Under the pieces are notes generated by a model. The model worked only from the letters and a program-made list of their open reading frames with translations, did no database searches and had not been told where the DNA came from. A DNA stretch of 64,000 bases from Paludibacteraceae bacterium. GTDB taxonomy: Bacteria > Bacteroidota > Bacteroidia > Bacteroidales > Paludibacteraceae. Each line of letters starts with the position of its first letter. Positions within the stretch are counted from its first letter, which is position 1. The position numbers were made by a program, and so were the translations under genes. Location: positions 57,946 to 121,945 of the forward strand of contig JAZSAI010000033.1 of the NCBI GenBank assembly GCA_045601825.1, in the 5' to 3' direction. This document shows positions 28,084 to 36,164 of this stretch, piece by piece.

Positions 28084-29013
28084 GTGAGAAAGATATTTCC
28101 TTACATAGCCATACTAACTGCCATGTTGATATGGGCTGGAGCGGGGATTGCAGTCAAAGAAGCATTGCTCGTATATCCACCGCTAACACTCATAGTCCTG
28201 CGTTTCACACTAGCGGTACTTTTGATGCTTGTTATAGGACTAATCTTTCGGCGTAATGAGATATTGGGATTGCAGTATATAGCTAAGAGGGATATTCCGC
28301 TATTTATATTAGGAGGATTGTTTCAACCGTTTCTGTACTTTATTTTTGAGACATATACCTACCAGAGTTTTGATTCGCCCACGATAGCTGAAGCATTATT
28401 GAGTACGCAACCTGTGCTTGCGCCAATATTTGCATTTGTGTTACTGCGTGAACATATTACGCGCAACAATATCATAGGTATTGTTTTATCCACCATAGGT
28501 ATGTTGATGTTGCTGCTGATGGGGGCGGAAAACTTTACTTTGGGCAATCCATGGGGAATATTACTGGCATTTCTAACCGTCAGTATGTCAGTTAGTTATT
28601 CTGTTGTATTGCGTCGTATACCTAGTCGCTATTCGCCATTATCTATTGTGTTTTATGTGCAGTTAATATCCCTTATCTTGTTCTACATACTTTGGGGAAC
28701 TACTCATCTTTCGCCTCTTACTTCACAACTCTCAACTTTTAATGCTCAACTCTCAACTCTCAATTCACTGCTAGCAGTATTATATTTAGCTGTATTAGCA
28801 TCTGTAGCAGCATTTATATTGTTTTGTTATACGGTACGTAAGATAGGTGTCACGCGCGCGAACGTATTTAATAATATTCGACCCGTATTTACTGCAATAT
28901 TGATGTGGTTGATGTTTGACGAACGACTACCAGTATGGAAGATGATAGGTATAATTGTTATCATTATTGGTTTATTTATTAGCCAAAAGCACGAAAAATA
29001 TAATAATAATTAA
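28084..29013 (+). CDS. DMT-superfamily (EamA-type) transporter
   Basis: GTG start 3 nt after the GH3 stop. About 10 TM segments forming two EamA halves. Contains an in-frame heptamer array (28728-28769). Confidence 0.8.
   Translation: MRKIFPYIAILTAMLIWAGAGIAVKEALLVYPPLTLIVLRFTLAVLLMLVIGLIFRRNEILGLQYIAKRDIPLFILGGLFQPFLYFIFETYTYQSFDSPTIAEALLSTQPVLAPIFAFVLLREHITRNNIIGIVLSTIGMLMLLLMGAENFTLGNPWGILLAFLTVSMSVSYSVVLRRIPSRYSPLSIVFYVQLISLILFYILWGTTHLSPLTSQLSTFNAQLSTLNSLLAVLYLAVLASVAAFILFCYTVRKIGVTRANVFNNIRPVFTAILMWLMFDERLPVWKMIGIIVIIIGLFISQKHEKYNNN
28728..28769. repeat. Six in-frame heptamers (ACTCTCA-like) inside the DMT transporter CDS
   Basis: actctca actttta atgctca actctca actctca attcact, 42 nt, encoding QLSTFNAQLSTLNS. 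Confidence 0.85.
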
Positions 29014-29043
29014 GATTTATTTGGATATTTCAAAAAAACTTTG

Positions 29044-29051
29044 TAACTTTG
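29044..29051 (+). promoter_or_regulatory. -7 box upstream of the 5-alpha-reductase operon
   Basis: TAACTTTG, 68 nt before the ATG at 29119. Confidence 0.5.
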
Positions 29052-29071
29052 TCGCCTAATTTGGTTCTAGT

Positions 29072-29103
29072 CTATCACCTTATTGCCTCGTAGCCTAGTA
29101 ACC
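29072..29103. repeat. Four phased octamers ending in CC (CTATCACC TTATTGCC TCGTAGCC TAGTAACC)
   Basis: Lies in the 5' leader of the 5-alpha-reductase operon. Same family as 39451-39490 and 12741-12780. Confidence 0.8.
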
Positions 29104-29118
29104 TAAAAAATATTGCTT

Positions 29119-29901
29119 ATGGAAATATCTACTGCTTTGGAATCATTTCATAATTTTCTTTTTATCCTATTTATTGTAGGATTGGTGGTCTTTGTGGCAT
29201 TGTACTTTGTAGATGCTGGCTACGGGAAAATGCGTACAGAAAAATGGGGACCTGCCATCAATAATAAAGTAGGGTGGTGTCTGATGGAAATGCCTGTGTT
29301 TGTGGTAATGCTGTACCTTTGGGCGATTTCTGATGTGAAATTTCAATTACCATATTTGATATTCTTCCTGATATTCCAATTCCACTATTTCCAACGCTCA
29401 TTTATTTTTCCACTTCTGCTGAAGGGCAATAGTAAGATGCCTATCATCATTATGGCATTTTCTGTGGTATGGAATTTGGTAAATGGCTATATTCAAGGAT
29501 ATTGGCTCTTCCATTTGGCACCTCAGTTTGCGCCATATGCTACTTCGTGGATGACCGATTGGCGATTTATTCTTGGAGTAGCGATTTTTGTATGTGGTTG
29601 GGTTATCAATATGCACTCTGACCATGTGATTCGTCATCTTCGCAAACCGGGTGACACCAATCACTACTTGCCTAAGAAAGGTATGTACAAGTATGTGACT
29701 AGTGCCAATTATCTCGGGGAGATTACCGAGTGGCTTGGCTTTGCTATTCTCACGTGGTCATGGGCTGGTTTGAGCTTCTTCTGGTTTTCATGCTGCAACC
29801 TCGTTCCTCGTGCGAACTCCATCTACCACCGCTACAAAGCAGAATTCGCAGACGAGTTCGACGAAAAGAAATTGAAACGTATTATTCCGTTTATATACTA
29901 A
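29119..29901 (+). CDS. 3-oxo-5-alpha-steroid 4-dehydrogenase (steroid 5-alpha-reductase family) membrane protein
   Basis: SRD5A-type C-terminal domain: NMHSDHVIRHLRKPGDTNHYLPKKGMYKYVTSANYLGEITEWLGFA...PRANSIYHRYKAEF...IIPFIY. Confidence 0.88.
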   Translation: MEISTALESFHNFLFILFIVGLVVFVALYFVDAGYGKMRTEKWGPAINNKVGWCLMEMPVFVVMLYLWAISDVKFQLPYLIFFLIFQFHYFQRSFIFPLLLKGNSKMPIIIMAFSVVWNLVNGYIQGYWLFHLAPQFAPYATSWMTDWRFILGVAIFVCGWVINMHSDHVIRHLRKPGDTNHYLPKKGMYKYVTSANYLGEITEWLGFAILTWSWAGLSFFWFSCCNLVPRANSIYHRYKAEFADEFDEKKLKRIIPFIY

Positions 29902-29904
29902 ACA

Positions 29905-31152
29905 ATGAGCAATAATCTCCTTTTTACCGAGCATAAACTCGGTCCTATTACTTTGCGCAACCGCGCCATCCGTAGTGCCGCTTTCGAGAACATGGCATAC
30001 GGCAACAAACCTAGTCAAGATCTCTATAATTATCATACTGCCGTAGCACGCGGTGGTGCAGCGATGACCACGGTGGCATACTGCTCTGTCACTCGTTCGG
30101 GTGTCTCTTTCGACGGTCAACTCTATATCCACGACGAAATCAAGGAAGACCTCAAAAAACTCACCGATGGCATTCATGCTGAGGGAGCAAAAGCAAGTAT
30201 TCAGCTTGGGCACTGCGGTAATATGACCCACTTCTATACTTGCAAATGTATGCCAGTTGGTGCTAGTACAGGTTTCAACCTCTATTCGCCAACTTTGCAT
30301 CGCGCACTGAAGAAAGAAGAAATCAAGGAGATTGTCAAGGCGTTTGGTCATGCGGTGGACTTCTGTCGCGAGTGCGGTTTCGACTGCGTAGAGATTCACG
30401 CGGGTCACGGTTATCTCATTTCGCAATTCCTCTCGCCATATACCAACCATCGTCGCGATGAGTACGGAGGTTCGCTTGAGAATCGTATGCGCTTCATGAA
30501 CGAAGTGATGGCAGAGGTGATGGAGCATGCAGGCGATGATATGGCTGTGGTAGTCAAGACCAATATGTACGATGGCTTCAAGTCTGGTCTCAAAGTAGAG
30601 GAGTGTATCCGTATCGCACAAGAGATTGAGAAACATGGTGTGCATGCGCTCGTACTCACCGCAGGCTTCGTGAGCAAAGCACCTTTCACCGTCATGGGTG
30701 GTGCTATGCCAATCAAAACTTTGGCTCACTACATGAACCCATGGTCATTCTGGTGGTTGCGTCTTGCGCTTCGCTTCGTGGGTCATTTGATGATTCCTAC
30801 TGTGCCTTTCAAAGAGCTCTTCTTCCTCGATACGGCTAAGCAATTCCGCAAAGCACTCAAGATGCCACTTATTTATGTCGGTGGTATCATGGGACGCGAG
30901 AACGCAGAGACAGCTCTGGCTGAGGGCTTTGATTTTGTGCAGATTGGACACGCTTTGGTGCGCGACACTGATTTCGTGAATAAGATGCGTGAGGAGCAAT
31001 ATCACTCTGAGTGCAAACGCTCTAACTATTGCGTAGCGCGTATGTACACCCTCGATATGAAGTGTCACGAGTGTGATAAGGATATCCCTAAATACCTCAA
31101 GAAAGAAGCACTCAAATACGAACAAATGTGGTATCCCTCCTCTAAACACTAA
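29905..31152 (+). CDS. Old-Yellow-Enzyme-family NADH:flavin oxidoreductase with C-terminal Cys cluster
   Basis: LGPITLRNRAIRSAAFE, IQLGHCGN, VEIHAGHGYLISQFLSPYTNHRRDEYGGSLENR (OYE signature). The tail is SECKRSNYCVARMYTLDMKCHEC. It starts 4 nt after the 5-alpha-reductase stop. Confidence 0.88.
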   Translation: MSNNLLFTEHKLGPITLRNRAIRSAAFENMAYGNKPSQDLYNYHTAVARGGAAMTTVAYCSVTRSGVSFDGQLYIHDEIKEDLKKLTDGIHAEGAKASIQLGHCGNMTHFYTCKCMPVGASTGFNLYSPTLHRALKKEEIKEIVKAFGHAVDFCRECGFDCVEIHAGHGYLISQFLSPYTNHRRDEYGGSLENRMRFMNEVMAEVMEHAGDDMAVVVKTNMYDGFKSGLKVEECIRIAQEIEKHGVHALVLTAGFVSKAPFTVMGGAMPIKTLAHYMNPWSFWWLRLALRFVGHLMIPTVPFKELFFLDTAKQFRKALKMPLIYVGGIMGRENAETALAEGFDFVQIGHALVRDTDFVNKMREEQYHSECKRSNYCVARMYTLDMKCHECDKDIPKYLKKEALKYEQMWYPSSKH

Positions 31153-31181
31153 ACACTAAACTCTAAACACTAAACTAGAAT
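31140..31181. repeat. Six phased heptamers CWCTAAA spanning the OYE stop to the SDR start
   Basis: ctctaaa cactaaa cactaaa ctctaaa cactaaa ctagaat. The last OYE codons (..SKH*) and the SDR ATG are inside the array. Confidence 0.9.
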
Positions 31182-32007
31182 GCTTGCACTCGTTACTGGC
31201 GCATCATCGGGTATTGGACTCCAATATGCCACCCAACTCGCGCGCGATTATCATACGGATCTTCTGTTGGTTAGTAACCAGCAGGAAGAACTCAACCAAG
31301 TAGCCACCGACTTGGCTACGCAATATGCTGTAAAGACTATTCCGCTCTACGCCGATCTCAGCAAACAAGACGCAGCGGAGCAATTGCATCAATACTGCAA
31401 GGACAACAACCTCGTAGTGGATATCCTTATCAATAACGCAGGTGTGTTCTTCTTCAATCCCTACTGTGAGACCAGTATGAAGCGCATTGACTTGATGCTC
31501 AACCTGCATATGATTACAGTGGCCAAACTCACTCGTCTTTTTGGCGAGGATATGATCAACCGCCAACTCACTGCAGAAGAACAAGCTCAAAAGATTTGCC
31601 GTAAACCACGCCGAAAGGGCTATATCTTGAATATGTCGTCTATGTCCGCATGGATGGCTATGCCGGGTATCCAGACCTATAATGCGACCAAGGCGTTTAT
31701 CTATAATTTCTCCAAGTCGCTTTGGTATGAATTCCGTCCTAAGGGAGTGAATATCACCGTGATGGCTCCAGGGGCTGTGGATACAGCTTTGTTTGGCTTG
31801 GCACCTCACCTGCGTCGTTTGGCAGTTAATCTGACGGTATCTATTCCACCAGAGAAATTGGTTAAGCGCGCCCTGAAGAAACTGTTCCGCGGCAAGAAAG
31901 CCGACACTCCTGGTTTCCTCAATTGGCTGGCAACGCCATTGCTCAAGCACACTCCCGACTGGCTGGTGTTCTGGGCAATTAAACTAGTCGGCAAGTTCCA
32001 AAAATAA
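31180..32007 (+). CDS. Short-chain dehydrogenase/reductase (candidate hydroxysteroid dehydrogenase)
   Basis: TGASSGIG, NNAG and the S...YNATK catalytic pattern. It is a paralog of 45763..46530 but carries an extra ~16-aa segment (NRQLTAEEQAQKICRKPR). Confidence 0.85.
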   Translation: MLALVTGASSGIGLQYATQLARDYHTDLLLVSNQQEELNQVATDLATQYAVKTIPLYADLSKQDAAEQLHQYCKDNNLVVDILINNAGVFFFNPYCETSMKRIDLMLNLHMITVAKLTRLFGEDMINRQLTAEEQAQKICRKPRRKGYILNMSSMSAWMAMPGIQTYNATKAFIYNFSKSLWYEFRPKGVNITVMAPGAVDTALFGLAPHLRRLAVNLTVSIPPEKLVKRALKKLFRGKKADTPGFLNWLATPLLKHTPDWLVFWAIKLVGKFQK

Positions 32008-32026
32008 ACTCTAAATAGTAGGTGAT

Positions 32027-32386
32027 TTGGGCACGTTATGTACCCGAAAAGAAGAACAAGAGATTCAACTTAATCGCAAACTGGCTCAGATAGTAATTGG
32101 CGTACGACGCAGTGGAAAATCTACATTGTGCCAAAAAGTTCTCTTGCAAAGTGGCGTACATTTCGCTTATGTAAATTTCGATGACGAACGCTTACAACGA
32201 GTGTCTGCAGAAGATTTAGATGATATATTGCAAGAACTATATGCTATCTATGGGGCATTCACACATCTATTCCTAGATGAGGTACAAAATGTCAGTGGTT
32301 GGTACTCGTTTGTGAATAGATTGCTTCGACAAGGGGTTAAATTGATACTTACGGGTAGTAATGCGAATTTACTTAGTGGAGAATGA
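32027..32386 (+). pseudogene. Fragment of an AAA ATPase (COG1373/DUF4143-type), truncated at both ends
   Basis: Only the Walker A (GVRRSGKST) and Walker B (LFLDEVQ) region is present, 119 codons from a TTG. Full-length relatives are about 400-450 aa, for example 34227..35561. Confidence 0.7.
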
Positions 32387-32521
32387 AGTACGCATCTGAC
32401 TAACCCTTAGAATTGACAATAATTGACGTCTTAATTGACGATAATTGTCTTTAAACATTGACCCTTGATTTATAAATATTTTTATAGCGAGTGTAACGAA
32501 GCGTATTTTTGTTTGAAAAAA

Positions 32522-33571
32522 ATGAAACAACTGCTCACATACCCCGACATAGCCCCCACCGCTTGGCAAGAGTTGGTGGACCGCTCACCCTACGCTACGT
32601 GGTTCCAAACGCCAGAGGCGTATGAATTCTATGCGTCACTCCCAGAGGAGATGACGCCGTTTGCCTATGCGGTAGCAGAAGATTCCTCATCGCCTTATCG
32701 CCTAAAAGCATTATGCGTGGGCTATATTACAAAAGAAAAGAGTGCTCTCAAGCAGTTCTTCACTCGCCGTGCGATTATCATCGGTGGACCATTGCTCGCC
32801 GAAGATGCAACCGCCGAAGAAATAGCCGCCTTGCTTAACGCAGTGAAAAAACTACAGCGAAGCAATCTACAGCCCGCAGGGCGATCTACAGCAAAGCGAT
32901 CTACAGGGCATAGCCCGATTTATGTAGAAACGCGTAATTTTCATAATTACAGTCACTGGAGAGATTCATTTGAAGCTTGTGGGTTCTTATACCAGCCACA
33001 CTATGATATTCATGTGCATTGCAATGCTACGCACACCATGAGTGAGCGACGTCAGCGCGAACTCAAGCGCGCTGTGAAAAACGGTGCGGAGATCGTAGAG
33101 GCATCATTCGAACAGGAGATACGCGATTGGTACCAGATTCTCAGTAAACTTTATCGCCAGAAAGTACGTACTCCGCTATGGAGCGAAGCGTTTTTCCTGC
33201 AATTCTATCGCAGTGGAGTAGGGAAGTACTTACTAGTGAAGTGCCAAGACAAAGTCATAGGCGGAATGATGTGCCCGATACTACAAGGAAAAGCGATATA
33301 CGAATGGTATGTATGTGGATTGGATGAGGAGTATCGCGACTTCTTCCCATCTGTGATGGCTACGCATGCTGCTATCGAATATGCCAAGACCAACGCTCTG
33401 CCTCTCTTTGATTTTATGGGCGCAGGCAAACCCAATGTGCCATACGGCGTGCGTGATTTCAAGATGGAGTTTGGTGGCGAACTGGTGGAGTATGGAAGAT
33501 TTCTTTGTATTCGCAAGCCACTGCTATATAAGATTGGAGAATGGGGAGTGAAATGGTTGAAGAGATGGTGA
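32522..33571 (+). CDS. FemAB-like / GNAT-fold peptidoglycan-bridge-type acyltransferase family protein
   Basis: 349 aa from the ATG at 32522. C-terminal GNAT-like core ...GKAIYEWYVCGLDEEYRDFFPSVMATHAAIEYAKTNALPLFDFMGAG...VRDFKMEFGG. Contains an in-frame word/hairpin array (32852-32916). Confidence 0.55.
   Translation: MKQLLTYPDIAPTAWQELVDRSPYATWFQTPEAYEFYASLPEEMTPFAYAVAEDSSSPYRLKALCVGYITKEKSALKQFFTRRAIIIGGPLLAEDATAEEIAALLNAVKKLQRSNLQPAGRSTAKRSTGHSPIYVETRNFHNYSHWRDSFEACGFLYQPHYDIHVHCNATHTMSERRQRELKRAVKNGAEIVEASFEQEIRDWYQILSKLYRQKVRTPLWSEAFFLQFYRSGVGKYLLVKCQDKVIGGMMCPILQGKAIYEWYVCGLDEEYRDFFPSVMATHAAIEYAKTNALPLFDFMGAGKPNVPYGVRDFKMEFGGELVEYGRFLCIRKPLLYKIGEWGVKWLKRW
32852..32916. repeat. In-frame word + mini-hairpin array (word GATCTACA) inside the FemAB-like CDS
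   Basis: Hairpins GCGAAGC, GCCCGCAGGGC, GCAAAGC and GGGCATAGCCC alternate with (A/G)ATCTACA. Encodes LQRSNLQPAGRSTAKRSTGHSP. Confidence 0.9.
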
Positions 33572-33678
33572 AATTCCTATTTTTGTGTAGTTTAGTCCCC
33601 TATTAATTACCTGTCTTTCCCGACGGTCACCCGACGGCTGAGCGACGGTCATATATACAAACACCGAAACATTACCCT

Positions 33679-34062
33679 ATGGCAAAGATTACACCAGTAG
33701 ATTACGTACAAGGAATTAGCGGTAAAGTCAGTGGCAAAAGCTCTGGCTATTTCTACCAATCCAAACAAACAGGCAAAACCTACTACCGCGAACGCGAAGA
33801 AACCTATCAAGCCAATCAGTCCCCACGTCAGAAGTGGAACTCTGCGGCTTTCGCCTATGCGCACCGCGAGCTCCGCAAGATTGAAGTTGACTACACGCAA
33901 AAGGAACAGATGGAGAAGGATTACGAACAATCCAACCATCGTGCTCCTAACGGCAAGTCTTACACCACTGCCCATGCTTGGAAATTCAATTGCCTTCTTC
34001 ACGAGTACAAATTAGCCAATCCCTTCGAAAATATTTTGGGGAAACACGGAAAAACGGACTAA
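33679..34062 (+). CDS. Hypothetical basic protein (127 aa)
   Basis: ATG-initiated ORF with soluble, Lys/Tyr/Gln-rich composition. The overlapping antisense ORF 33649..34002 looks like mirror-frame noise. The last 8 codons and the stop lie in unit 1 of a 33-bp tandem repeat. Confidence 0.45.
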   Translation: MAKITPVDYVQGISGKVSGKSSGYFYQSKQTGKTYYREREETYQANQSPRQKWNSAAFAYAHRELRKIEVDYTQKEQMEKDYEQSNHRAPNGKSYTTAHAWKFNCLLHEYKLANPFENILGKHGKTD

Positions 34063-34132
34063 AAAGTTTTGGGGAAACACGGTAAAATGGACTAAAAAGT
34101 TTTGGGGGAAATGGAAATTGTCTGAAAACCAG
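34034..34132. repeat. 33-bp tandem repeat, about 3 units (third unit degenerate)
   Basis: TTTTGGGGAAACACGGAAAAACGGACTAAAAAG, then the same with 2 mismatches, then a decayed copy. Unit 1 contains the stop of the 127-aa ORF. Confidence 0.85.
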
Positions 34133-34167
34133 TAGTTTATGAGTTTTATTCAACTTTTCTTGTAAAA

Positions 34168-34209
34168 ATACTTGCAAAATCCCTGAAAAAGTAGTACCTT
34201 TGCAGCGAA
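34168..34209 (+). repeat. 42-nt promoter-bearing direct repeat, copy 1
   Basis: ATACTTGCAAAATCCCTGAAAAAGTAGTACCTTTGCAGCGAA. 40 of 42 nt match 35900-35941. Confidence 0.9.
34195..34202 (+). promoter_or_regulatory. -7 box upstream of the AAA ATPase gene
   Basis: TACCTTTG inside the 42-nt repeat 34168-34209. Confidence 0.55.
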
Positions 34210-34226
34210 TATTAGTTGTTTTCGTT

Positions 34227-35561
34227 ATGAGTACACCTATTTTTAAACGAAAGTTATACGACCAATTATTGGCTTGGAAACAAACAAATATCGGTCAAAC
34301 AGCTCTTTTGATAGAGGGGGCTCGCCGTGTGGGTAAATCTACATTGGTTTCGCTATTTGCCAAAAACGAGTATCGTTCGGCAATTATTATTGATTTTAAT
34401 AATGTACCTCAGCATATTATTGATTTGTTTGATGATTATTCTAACTTGGACTTCTTATTTTTGAATCTTCAAACGCACTATCATGTACAATTATTTGAGC
34501 GTGAATCTGTAATCATATTTGATGAGGTGCAGCAATGTCCTCGTGCACGACAGGCAATAAAATATTTAGTAGCAGACGGCAGATATGATTATATAGAGAC
34601 TGGCTCTTTAATTCGTTTACACAAAACTACAAAAGACATCACTATCCCTAGTGAGGAAAAACATATTACACTATATCCTCTTGATTATGAGGAATTCTGC
34701 TGGGCTTTAGGTGATACACTAACAATGAATCTCGTTCGTCAGCAATTTAGCCAACAACGTGGTTTCGGTGGTGCACATCGTGATTTGATACGCGACTTGC
34801 GATTATATATGTTAGTGGGTGGTATGCCGCAAGCAGTAAAGGCATATATCGAAACGAATAATTTTGCTCAGGTTGATGCTATCAAAAGGGATATTTTGAC
34901 TCTTTATGCGGATGATTTTCGGAAAATAGACTCTACTGGAAGAATCTCCAAGTTGTTTATGTCGATTCCTGCTCAGTTGAGCAAAAACGCTATTCGCTAT
35001 ATAGCATCAAGTGTGGTAGGAGAAATAGATTCTAATCGATTATTGGAGATGCTTGCGCAGATGGAAGATAGTCAGGTTGTGAATTTTGCATACCATGCTA
35101 ATGATCCAAATGTGGGTATGTTTCTGAATAGCAATCATGGACAATATAAAATGTTTTTATGTGATACAGGATTATTTGTTACATTGGCATTTTGGGATAA
35201 AGATTTTACAGAAAATGTGATATATAAGCAATTATTATCAAATAAATTATCTGCTAATATGGGATATGTGTATGAAAACTTGGTTGCTCAAATGTTAGTA
35301 ACTGCAGGAAATAAGTTGTTTTATTATACCTTTCCCAAAGATAATAAGCATTACTACGAGATTGATTTCCTTATTTCAAGAGGAAAGAAAATATGTCCTA
35401 TAGAGGTAAAATCGGGTAATTATCGCACACATGTTTCATTGGATGTTTTTATAGGTAAATTTAGTGATAGAATAGAACGTTCGTATATTTTACACACCAA
35501 AGATACAGAGAAGAAAGGTAATATTCTCTGCCTCCCAATGTATATGACACCATTGTTGTAG
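34227..35561 (+). CDS. AAA ATPase, COG1373-type (AAA_14 + DUF4143-like C-terminal domain)
   Basis: Walker A GARRVGKST and Walker B IIFDEVQ. The C-terminus ...YEIDFLISRGKKICPIEVKSG is typical of this family. AT-rich compared with neighbouring genes. Confidence 0.8.
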   Translation: MSTPIFKRKLYDQLLAWKQTNIGQTALLIEGARRVGKSTLVSLFAKNEYRSAIIIDFNNVPQHIIDLFDDYSNLDFLFLNLQTHYHVQLFERESVIIFDEVQQCPRARQAIKYLVADGRYDYIETGSLIRLHKTTKDITIPSEEKHITLYPLDYEEFCWALGDTLTMNLVRQQFSQQRGFGGAHRDLIRDLRLYMLVGGMPQAVKAYIETNNFAQVDAIKRDILTLYADDFRKIDSTGRISKLFMSIPAQLSKNAIRYIASSVVGEIDSNRLLEMLAQMEDSQVVNFAYHANDPNVGMFLNSNHGQYKMFLCDTGLFVTLAFWDKDFTENVIYKQLLSNKLSANMGYVYENLVAQMLVTAGNKLFYYTFPKDNKHYYEIDFLISRGKKICPIEVKSGNYRTHVSLDVFIGKFSDRIERSYILHTKDTEKKGNILCLPMYMTPLL

Positions 35562-35702
35562 ACATAAGTAACCTATTTTTATATAGTCTTATTGGTATAA
35601 TTCAAATCTACTTTCGTACTGTGAATTTGAGATAATATATTGAAAAGTGTAATAAATTGACCGTAAATTATATTGAAAAGTGTGTTAAGATATGCTAAAG
35701 AA

Positions 35703-36042
35703 CAAGATGGAACATGGCGGCGAACTGGTAGAGCATTACTTTATTTTATCACGATAATACAAAGTTCTACTTTAGATTGTCATAATACTTAAACACGATG
35801 AATAATCGCAATTCGCGTATGTTGAATGGAGTGGAGGTACTACCTGCGATGTAATTTCTCAAATTGCTTTGGGAAGGAAAAATTTGTTAATCATTTTAGA
35901 TACTTGCAAAATCCATGAAAAAGTAGTACTTTTGCAGCGAAAATCGCGAAAATGTGTATTGCAAACCACTGCTATATAAGATAGGTAAATTGGGAGTGAA
36001 GTGGTTGAAGAGATAGTAAAAATCCTATTTTTGTGCAGTTTG
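35703..36042 (+). pseudogene. Two remnants of a second copy of the 3' end of the FemAB-like gene, split by ~214 bp
   Basis: 35703-35739 matches 33460-33495, and 35954-36042 matches 33506-33593 (by eye about 80-85% identity; not computed). No intact ORF remains. Confidence 0.7.
35900..35941 (+). repeat. 42-nt promoter-bearing direct repeat, copy 2 (orphan, inside the FemAB-like remnant)
   Basis: ATACTTGCAAAATCCATGAAAAAGTAGTACTTTTGCAGCGAA. Confidence 0.9.
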
Positions 36043-36164
36043 ATTTGCATATGTTAAAGATTTTCAGCGTTTTATTAGCAGAATGGCTATTGCAATGTAA
36101 ATAACATATATAAGGATATGGAAATGCTGGTAAAAATAAAATATTCAATAAAAAATAGATAATC

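Noticed and set aside
33649-34002. 117-aa minus-strand ORF overlapping the 127-aa plus-strand ORF.
   Set aside because: Only one of the two can be real. The plus-strand ORF has an ATG start and a balanced soluble composition. The minus-strand product is a hydrophobic mirror-frame sequence. Confidence in either is modest.
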